Shown: one piece after another, positions 18,605 through 25,479 of the stretch
How the letters are laid out: each line of letters starts with the position of its first letter
How positions within the stretch are numbered: position 1 is the first letter of the stretch
DNA from: Trueperaceae bacterium
Lineage (GTDB): Bacteria > Deinococcota > Deinococci > Deinococcales > Trueperaceae
Assembly (NCBI GenBank): GCA_035703635.1
Contig: DASSXV010000057.1
Coordinates: forward strand, 1-28,155
DNA length: 28,155 nt
Direction: 5' to 3'
Notes under the pieces: generated by a model
Seen by the model: the letters and a program-made list of their open reading frames with translations, nothing else
Database searches by the model: none
Told to the model about the DNA's origin: nothing
Program-made: the position numbers and the translations under genes

Positions 18605-19954
18605 TTAGTTGGCGGGGAGTTGGGAAAGCTGGTCGTCGAGGATGAGGTTCGCCTCGCCGTTGAGCACGTGCAGGGTCTCGGCGACGTCTGCGCCGTCCGC
18701 GATGGCCGACATCTCAGCCGTGATGCTCTCGCGCACGGGGTCGTAGCCTGGGACGTTCGGCTCGGAGATGCCGTAGGGCAGCAAGTCGAACGCCGTCTTG
18801 TATGGCGGCAGGGAGTTGAAGAAGTCGCTGAGGCCAGCGGCGACGCTCTGCCTGACGGGGAAGTATTGACTGGCGATGGCCCACTCGGTCTGCGCCTTGG
18901 TGCCGGTGTAGTACTCGAGGAACAGCCAGGCCGCGAGGGTCGACTCCGGGCTGTGGCCGGACGGGAGGCTGACGCTGGCGCCGTAGATGTTCATGACGGG
19001 CTCTGGAGTGGTGTGAGGGATGGCGGCGACGCTCCAGTCGAAGCCCGCGCCGGACTTGGTGGCTTCCTGGTAGAACGGCAGACCGGAGCTGGATGAGACG
19101 GTGAACAGGAGGCGGCCGTTGCCGAAGTCCGTCTGGTCGCCGTAAGCCTCGGTCACCATCTGCGCGCAGCCGTCGGCGAACATGCCTTGCAGCCAAGTCA
19201 TGGCCGCTATGGAGGCGTCCGAGTCGAGCGTGTAGCGGTTGGTGGTCGAATCGTAGACGTTGCCGCCAAACGCGAAGGTGAACGACGCGAAGCGGCTAGC
19301 GTCGACCGCCAGCTCGTAGCCGATCGGCGCCCCGCTTACGGTGGCCTTGGAGAACGGTGAGGTCGTCGCCGCGCAGGCGGCTGCCTTGAACTGATCAGGC
19401 GTGGTCGGCGGGCCATCGAAGTCGATCTTGCCTGCCGCGCGGAGCTCCTTCAGCCAATCGGCGTTGTAGTAGAGCATCTCCATCGAGCGGTTCGGCGCGA
19501 GGCCGAGGCGTTCGTCGTCGAAGCTCGGGAAGATGTCGGAGTTCCAGAAGCCCGGGAAGAAATCGGCCTGGTCCGCGGCCGAGATGCCCCACTTGGCCGA
19601 GTTCACGAGCGGGTTCATGTCGACGAGACCACCGGTTAGCTGGTAGGTAGCTGCTTGGTTCTGGTAGGCAACGACGATGTTCGGAGTGTCAGAGGTGCCG
19701 AGCAGCGCGAGCATCTTCTGGTAGATGTCGCTGTAGCCGCCCTGGTACTCGGCGACGACGGTGATGCCGTACGGGTTGCTCGCGTTGAACTCGCTGACGA
19801 TCTTCTGCAGCGCCGTCTCGCGCTCGCGAGTGTGCTGGTGCCAGAAGGTCACGGTCTGGCCCGTTGGGTCGACGTTCTCCCAGTCTTGCGCGAAGGCGGG
19901 TGCGGCCATCAGGAGGGCCAATAGCGCACCTAGGATCACCAAGCTTCTCTTCAT
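18605..19954 (-). CDS. CUT1-family ABC transporter extracellular solute-binding protein (UgpB-like)
   Basis: Sec signal ending AFA; VTFWH, EFNASNPYGITVVAEYQGGY, PNRSMEMLYYN, AAWLFLEY, YFPVRQS; SD GGAAGGAG. Substrate not determinable from sequence alone. Confidence 0.88.
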   Translation of the reverse strand: MKRSLVILGALLALLMAAPAFAQDWENVDPTGQTVTFWHQHTRERETALQKIVSEFNASNPYGITVVAEYQGGYSDIYQKMLALLGTSDTPNIVVAYQNQAATYQLTGGLVDMNPLVNSAKWGISAADQADFFPGFWNSDIFPSFDDERLGLAPNRSMEMLYYNADWLKELRAAGKIDFDGPPTTPDQFKAAACAATTSPFSKATVSGAPIGYELAVDASRFASFTFAFGGNVYDSTTNRYTLDSDASIAAMTWLQGMFADGCAQMVTEAYGDQTDFGNGRLLFTVSSSSGLPFYQEATKSGAGFDWSVAAIPHTTPEPVMNIYGASVSLPSGHSPESTLAAWLFLEYYTGTKAQTEWAIASQYFPVRQSVAAGLSDFFNSLPPYKTAFDLLPYGISEPNVPGYDPVRESITAEMSAIADGADVAETLHVLNGEANLILDDQLSQLPAN

Positions 19955-20108
19955 GTTTTCGCTCCTTCCAGCGACCTGCTGACTAGACTGTGCGCCGTCC
20001 AGGACGTGCGCTGTTGCGCGGGTTGCGTGAAGACCGGGGTCTCCACGGCATGAACGGGCGCTCGTGGCCCGTGAACGCCTTGCGGGTGGCAGTCAGGTGT
20101 CGCCATTC

Positions 20109-21035
20109 TCAGCCCTTCAATCCTGAGGTGGCTATGCCTTCCGTGAACTGCCTCTGGGTGAAGAAGTACACCACTAGTACGGGGATCACCGTGATGACAG
20201 TCCCAGCCATGAGTAGTTGAGTCTCTGGCCCGGCCTCGGAGATGAAGGTGTAGAGGCCAACGCCAAGCGGTCGCCACTTGGGGGTCGTCGTCACGAGGAG
20301 CGGCCACAGGAACTCGTTCCAGGTGCCGACGAACGATAGGAGCGCCGCCGTCATCATGACGGGCCTCGACATCGGCACGACGACCGAGACGAGGAAGCGC
20401 AGGTGGCCGGCGCCGTCCATGCGCGCGGCGTCGAAGAGTTCGCCGGGGATGCCGACGAAGAACTGGCGGAAGAGGAAGATGATGAACGCCGTCGCCATGA
20501 ACGGCACGGTTAGGGCGGGAAGGCTGTTCATCCAGGAGCCCCACGGGATGACCTGCCCGCGTATGAGTAGGAGGTTCGGGATGAACGTCACCGTGCCAGG
20601 GATCATGAGGGTGGCGAGGAGGATGGTGAACAGGACCTCGCGGCCGGGGAACCTGATGCGCGCGAAGGCGTAACCAGCGAGGGTGCAGGTGATGAGGACG
20701 CCGGCGATGACGAGCGCCGTGATGATGACGCTGTTGCGGAAGTAGAGCGCGAAGTTCGACTCCGTCCAAGCGATCTCGTAGTTCACGAACTGCGGCTTGG
20801 CTGGGAGGATCACGCGGTTGATGGTCTCACCGAGCGTCATGAGCGAAGTCGAGATCATGTAGAAGAACGGCGTGATGCTGACGACGGCCCCGACCAACAG
20901 CACGAAGTAGATGGGGATGTGGGTGAACTCGAAGTGATACGGCTCGCGCAAGCGGGGCTGAACGACACGTTCGACGTCGCCGATGACCTCGGTGGCAGGG
21001 GTGGCCTGCCTGCGGGCTGCCTTGGCCTCAGCCAC
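20109..21035 (-). CDS. Carbohydrate ABC transporter permease (MalG/UgpE type)
   Basis: YFRNSVII, LAGYAFARIRFPGR, EAA loop ELFDAARMDGAG, WNEFLWPL, FTQRQFTEGIATSGLKG. GTG start overlaps the upstream stop. Confidence 0.93.
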   Translation of the reverse strand: MAEAKAARRQATPATEVIGDVERVVQPRLREPYHFEFTHIPIYFVLLVGAVVSITPFFYMISTSLMTLGETINRVILPAKPQFVNYEIAWTESNFALYFRNSVIITALVIAGVLITCTLAGYAFARIRFPGREVLFTILLATLMIPGTVTFIPNLLLIRGQVIPWGSWMNSLPALTVPFMATAFIIFLFRQFFVGIPGELFDAARMDGAGHLRFLVSVVVPMSRPVMMTAALLSFVGTWNEFLWPLLVTTTPKWRPLGVGLYTFISEAGPETQLLMAGTVITVIPVLVVYFFTQRQFTEGIATSGLKG

Positions 21036-22218
21036 CGAACACCCGCTTTCCGAACAGCCGGTTCTGCGCGAGGGTGAGGAGCAGGATTATGACGAACAGG
21101 ATCACGGACTGCGCGGCCGCCAGGCTGAAGTTGCCGAGCTTGTAGAACGTGTCGAAGATGACGATGCTGGCGGTGTCTACGGCGTCGCGCGTGGCGGGCG
21201 CGCGCATCACGTAGATGTGGGTGAAGGCCTGGAAGGTGCCGATGAACCCTAGCACCGTGAGGTAGAAGGTGACCGGCGAGAGGAGCGGCACGGTGATGAA
21301 GAGGAACTGCTGCCTGCGGTTCGCGCCATCGACGGCGGCGGCGTCGTAAAGCTCCTTCGCTATGCCGCCGAGCCCGGCGAGGAAGATGACGACGTTGTAG
21401 CCTGTGAACGTCCAGATGCCGAAGATGATGATGGTCACTAGCGCCAAGGACGGCCCGGCCCAGAAACTCGACCAGTCCGCGTTAGGGAACCAGCTCCCGA
21501 AAAGGAGTTGCGTGACTGGCTTGGTCTCGAACAGCCAGCGCTGCGGCGGGATGCCGACGAGGCCGAGGACTTGGTTCGCGAGGCGCTCCTCGCGCGGTGA
21601 GAACAGGTTGCGGAAGATGGCTGCGCCAGCCACGGCAGGCGTGATGTATGGCAGGAAGTAGATCATGCGGAACAGCTCCTGGCCGCGGATCTTCTGGAAC
21701 AGGAGCGTGGCGAGCACGAGCGCGAGGATGATCTGGACAGGCACCGACCCGAATCCGTAATACACGGTCCTCACTAGGCTCTTGAGGTAGACCTTGTTGC
21801 CCGCGTCCAGCATCATGCTCCAGCCGAGAGAGATGGAGATACCCGCGCCGAGCAGGACGAGCGCCCCGAAGAGCCGCGCGATCGCTGGCGGGCGCGCCAG
21901 GTCGCGTTTGAAAGCGTCGGTCCATAACCAGTGCGCAACGATTATGAGCACCAAGCCGCCGAAGAACGCGAGCGCACCCCACCAGTCGCCTAGCGTGGCG
22001 CGGTAGTTGCTCAGTCCGATGAACGCGCCCTTGCGCACGCGCCAGGTGTGGAGGCTCATGTACACGGAGTAGACGATGGGGAAGAGCCCGAAGATGCCGA
22101 TGAGCACCGTGGCAGGGAGTACGAACAGGTAGGCAGTTAACCAGTCGCGGCGCTCGTACCTTAGTCCAGTCCGGCGCCGAGGTGGCTCGCTTGACAATGC
22201 GCCACGGTACGCGCCCAT
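21028..22218 (-). CDS. Carbohydrate ABC transporter permease (MalF/UgpA type) with extra N-terminal TM insertion
   Basis: AYLFVLPA, FIGLSNY, FRMIYFLPYI, GYNVVIFLAGL, EAA loop ELYDAAAVDGA, ITVPLLSP. Exact start uncertain. Confidence 0.9.
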   Translation of the reverse strand: MGAYRGALSSEPPRRRTGLRYERRDWLTAYLFVLPATVLIGIFGLFPIVYSVYMSLHTWRVRKGAFIGLSNYRATLGDWWGALAFFGGLVLIIVAHWLWTDAFKRDLARPPAIARLFGALVLLGAGISISLGWSMMLDAGNKVYLKSLVRTVYYGFGSVPVQIILALVLATLLFQKIRGQELFRMIYFLPYITPAVAGAAIFRNLFSPREERLANQVLGLVGIPPQRWLFETKPVTQLLFGSWFPNADWSSFWAGPSLALVTIIIFGIWTFTGYNVVIFLAGLGGIAKELYDAAAVDGANRRQQFLFITVPLLSPVTFYLTVLGFIGTFQAFTHIYVMRAPATRDAVDTASIVIFDTFYKLGNFSLAAAQSVILFVIILLLTLAQNRLFGKRVFGG

Positions 22219-22277
22219 CGTCAGCGGGTGGCCAACGGATGAGTGAGTGGACCGGCCTCGGTTGCAATCACTACTTA

Positions 22278-22283
22278 ACTATA
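22278..22283 (-). promoter_or_regulatory. Candidate -10 element TATAGT for the ABC transporter operon
   Basis: TATAGT in an AT-rich patch about 60 nt upstream of the first permease start. Confidence 0.45.
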
Positions 22284-22339
22284 GCGGACGACCCTCGCTG
22301 CCAGCCCGCTAATGAGGCCTACGTGAAGGAGCAGAGCGC

Positions 22340-22348
22340 TGTTAGCAT
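22340..22348 (+). promoter_or_regulatory. Extended -10 (TGnTAGCAT), putative leaderless promoter of the methyltransferase gene
   Basis: TG-T-TAGCAT 6 nt upstream of GTG 22355. Confidence 0.6.
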
Positions 22349-22354
22349 TGAGCC

Positions 22355-23389
22355 GTGTCGTCTCGCCGTTACCTACTTGAAGTCCCTGCCGGTATCGAGG
22401 TCATCACGCGTGGTGAGCTCAAACGTCTAGGGCTGACGCGCCCGCAGAGCGTGCCTGGCGGTTTCCGCCTCGCTGACGCGGCCGCCTTGGCGAAGGCCAA
22501 AGCCATCCGTACGTCGGCCGCCGCCTACCTGTCGATCACGTTCGACGTCCCACGGCCGAAGGGGCTGTTGGGCGACGCGGCCTTCCGTGAACTAGTGGCT
22601 GCTCTCAAGGAAGTCATGGCCGGCGCCAAGTTCAGTGGCCTGCGCCTCTCGGCCGCAGGGGCGGACTCGCCGACGCTCACACGCTTAGCTGGCGAACTCG
22701 CGAAGGCGACGGGCCTGCGACTTGACCAGGAGGATGGCGAGCTCCTCGTGCGGCTCCGGCCTGACCCGGTCGGCACCGGTTGGGAGGTGCTAGTGCGCCT
22801 CACGCCACGCCCAGCGTCCACGCGCCCATGGCGCGTGTGTAACCGGCCGGGGGGCCTCAACGCCCCCGTCGCAGCTGCCATGAACGAGCTCGTCGGGTTA
22901 GGGCACCGTGACTCTTATCTCAACTTGCTGTCTGGCTCTGGCACGCTTCTTATCGAGAGGGCCTTGCGGGCGCCAGCCGCGCGGCTCGTTGGGTTCGACA
23001 TCGAACCTGAGGCCGTGGCGTGCGCGGGCGCCAACGCCAGTGCGGCGCGCGTGTCCGGCCGGGTCGAGTGGCTAGTTGGTGACGTGACGGACGAGCAGTT
23101 CATCGCACGAGTCGGCGCGAGCGGCGGCTTCGACGCTCTTACCGCCGATGCCCCGTGGGGCGACGCCGTCGGGGCGCACGCCCTCAACCGCAAGCTCTAT
23201 CCGCGACTCCTGACGGCCGCCGCCGCGCTGGCGCGGCCGAAAGCCAAGTTCTGCGTGCTAAGCCATGAGGTCAAGCTCCTGCGGAGCGTCGTGGCGGCGC
23301 AGTCCGAGTGGCGCGTCGAGCGCGAGTTGCAGGTCGCGCATGGAGGCCACAACCCCCTCCTACTACTCCTCGCCAAGGCCCAAGAGTGA
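22355..23389 (+). CDS. Putative RNA (guanine-N2) methyltransferase, RlmL/TrmN-like (UPF0020-type catalytic domain)
   Basis: N-terminal PAGIEVITRGEL (RlmL-like GxE..E), PGGLNAPVAAAM, motif I NLLSGSGTLLIE, VGFDIE, motif IV DAPWG, LYP. Confidence 0.75.
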   Translation: MSSRRYLLEVPAGIEVITRGELKRLGLTRPQSVPGGFRLADAAALAKAKAIRTSAAAYLSITFDVPRPKGLLGDAAFRELVAALKEVMAGAKFSGLRLSAAGADSPTLTRLAGELAKATGLRLDQEDGELLVRLRPDPVGTGWEVLVRLTPRPASTRPWRVCNRPGGLNAPVAAAMNELVGLGHRDSYLNLLSGSGTLLIERALRAPAARLVGFDIEPEAVACAGANASAARVSGRVEWLVGDVTDEQFIARVGASGGFDALTADAPWGDAVGAHALNRKLYPRLLTAAAALARPKAKFCVLSHEVKLLRSVVAAQSEWRVERELQVAHGGHNPLLLLLAKAQE

Positions 23390-23412
23390 CGTCCTGGCCG
23401 CTAACTAGCCCA

Positions 23413-23421
23413 TGCTAGACT
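23413..23421 (+). promoter_or_regulatory. Extended -10 (TGnTAGACT), putative leaderless promoter of the M23-like/AI-2E pair
   Basis: TG-C-TAGACT 7 nt upstream of GTG 23429; no SD sequence. Confidence 0.65.
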
Positions 23422-23428
23422 GCGGCGC

Positions 23429-24193
23429 GTGAACCGCCAAGAACCCAAGGCGCAAAAGCCGCTACTGGCCGATGTGAAGCCCGGCTGGTACGTGCTTGGC
23501 GCGCTAGTCGTGTACGCCGCGGTGGTGACTGGACTGCTGATCGCCCGCCCGTCCGGACAGGCGCCGACGGCAGCAGACCCCACCACGCCAACGAGCGCCC
23601 CCGCCGTCGCGGCAGACTCCGGGCTCGGGCCGCAGGGGTTGTGGTTCCCCATACCGGGCGCCCGCCTCCCGACTTCGGACGACAACCTGCCTGGCGCTCC
23701 GCGCGCCTACCGCCACGGCGTTAGCCAAGGCTTCGACTTCTATGCCGAGGACGCGTCGGTCCCGATCGTGAGCGGCACGCCCGTCGTGGCGGCGCAGTCC
23801 GGCCAGATCGTCAGGGCGGACGTTGCGTACACCGAGATCGACCCGCGCGCCTGGGAGGTCCTCATGGCAGACGTGGCCGAGTCGGGGGCAACCGAGGACC
23901 AACTCGACCGCCTGAGGGGGCGACAGATCTGGCTGCGCACTACCGACGGCACGGTCTTGCGCTACGGCCACCTCTCGGCCGTACGCGACGGCGTACGCAC
24001 CGGCATGAACGTGTACCGCGGCCAGGTCATCGGCTTCGCTGGCAACTCAGGCACCGACGTGGCCGTGGCTGGCCGCAAGGACCAGACGCGCTTGCGCTTC
24101 GAGATCTGGCCGGACGCAGAGAACTTCTTCGGGGCGGGCATGGAGCCTGAGGCAGTTCGCATGGCCGCGGCTTCCTTGTTCGTGGGACCATGA
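23429..24193 (+). CDS. Membrane-anchored M23/LytM-domain protein with degenerate active site
   Basis: N-terminal TM helix, Pro/Thr/Ala linker, then GFDF, GTPVVAAQSGQIV, LRYGHL, VYRGQVIGFAGNSG, RLRFEI; His ligands missing. Confidence 0.85.
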   Translation: MNRQEPKAQKPLLADVKPGWYVLGALVVYAAVVTGLLIARPSGQAPTAADPTTPTSAPAVAADSGLGPQGLWFPIPGARLPTSDDNLPGAPRAYRHGVSQGFDFYAEDASVPIVSGTPVVAAQSGQIVRADVAYTEIDPRAWEVLMADVAESGATEDQLDRLRGRQIWLRTTDGTVLRYGHLSAVRDGVRTGMNVYRGQVIGFAGNSGTDVAVAGRKDQTRLRFEIWPDAENFFGAGMEPEAVRMAAASLFVGP

Positions 24194-25479
24194 AGCGCGA
24201 GGAGGCCAACCGACACGTGGAACGTAAGGATGCACCTGCCCCGCTCAAGCCGGAGGCGACCGCCATCGAAACGGTATGGGGCAACGTCTGGGTGCGGGCC
24301 TTCAGCTACGTAGCCCTCACCGTCCTCCTCGTGCTCGTGCTCTGGCGCCTGCGGGGCGGCTACGCCTTCGCGCTGCAGGTCGGCCTCATCGGCTTCCTGA
24401 TCGCTTACATCCTCAACCCCGTGGTCAGTTGGCTCATGCGCCTTCGCTTCAAACGCGGCCTGGCCGTGATCGTCGTCTATGCGCTGCTCTTGCTCGTACT
24501 AGCGCTCGGCTCCGTGGTGGTCAGCCAGGTCGTCACGGAGATGGGCAAGTTCGTGCAGTTGGTCCCGACGGCGTTGGAGCAGGTAACGGCCTGGACCGGG
24601 CAGTTCCAGGAGTGGCTGGCCACGTTCGGAGACCGCCTGCCAGCTTTCCTGTCGGATCGCTTCGGGGTGGCTGACGATACCGGAGCCATCAGCATTCAAG
24701 TCAGGGCGCAAGTGGCTGACTTCTTCCAGCAGCTAGGGGAGAGCCTGAAACGGCTTCTCGAGGGCCTCATCGCGGGCGGGCCCGGCCTCCTCCTGACGGG
24801 CGCGACGGCCGTCATCTCGACCACGTTCCAGGTCTTCCTCATCTTCTTGGCGGGGGCCTACTTCCTCTACGACTTCCCGCGCTTCGTTGCCAACTTCCGG
24901 CGCTTCGTGCCGCTGCGCTACCGCGAGATCACTGACGACCTCAGCGCCAAGGCCGACCTGGCCGTTGGCGGCTACCTCCGTGGGCAGCTCCTCATAACGA
25001 CCTTGCTTGGCATCTTCGTGTGGGCCGGGCTCAGCATAATCGGGGTTCCGCTAGCCACGGCGATAGGCTTCCTCGCCGCCGTGTTCAACCTAGTGCCTTA
25101 CCTCGGGCCGATCCTGGGCGTCACGCCGGCCATCCTGCTCGCCTTCACCGTCAGTCCGTGGGCCGCCGTCTTCGCGGCGCTAGTGTTCCTGGTGGCCAAC
25201 CAGATCGAGGCGCACGTCCTCTCGCCGCTCATCTTGTCGCGCAACACCAACCTTCACCCCCTGACCGTGATGTTGGCGATCATGGCTGGTGTTGGCCTGA
25301 TGGGGTTGCTAGGCGCGCTCCTTGCCGTGCCGATCGTGGCCCTTGTCAAGGTCGTCGCGGAGGACTACTTGCTGTCGCGGCCGGCGTTCACTGGCGTGCC
25401 CCGTCCACCAGCCGGTGGCGTGCCTGCAAGCGCGGCCGCGCTCGAGAGCCCGGTCGAGGGGCCAGAGCGTCTCGAGTGA
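24190..25479 (+). CDS. AI-2E (PerM/YhhT) family transporter
   Basis: FLIAYILNPVV, YFLYD, GGYLRGQ, FNLVPYLGP, NQIEAHVLSP, LHPL, GALLAVP; ATGA overlap with the M23-like gene. Confidence 0.92.
   Translation: MKREEANRHVERKDAPAPLKPEATAIETVWGNVWVRAFSYVALTVLLVLVLWRLRGGYAFALQVGLIGFLIAYILNPVVSWLMRLRFKRGLAVIVVYALLLLVLALGSVVVSQVVTEMGKFVQLVPTALEQVTAWTGQFQEWLATFGDRLPAFLSDRFGVADDTGAISIQVRAQVADFFQQLGESLKRLLEGLIAGGPGLLLTGATAVISTTFQVFLIFLAGAYFLYDFPRFVANFRRFVPLRYREITDDLSAKADLAVGGYLRGQLLITTLLGIFVWAGLSIIGVPLATAIGFLAAVFNLVPYLGPILGVTPAILLAFTVSPWAAVFAALVFLVANQIEAHVLSPLILSRNTNLHPLTVMLAIMAGVGLMGLLGALLAVPIVALVKVVAEDYLLSRPAFTGVPRPPAGGVPASAAALESPVEGPERLE

Noticed and set aside
20078..20095. Minus-strand ACTGCCACCCGCAAGG, loosely like a cobalamin riboswitch core
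   Set aside because: The other conserved elements (GGGAA motifs, B12 box) are not visible, and the downstream gene is not a corrinoid transporter.
22191..22196. Perfect TTGACA -35 hexamer on the plus strand
   Set aside because: No TANNNT at 16-18 nt spacing, and it lies within the permease coding start.
22259..22266. CGGTTGCA, resembling a LacI-family operator half-site upstream of the ABC operon
   Set aside because: No matching second half-site and no LacI gene in the window.
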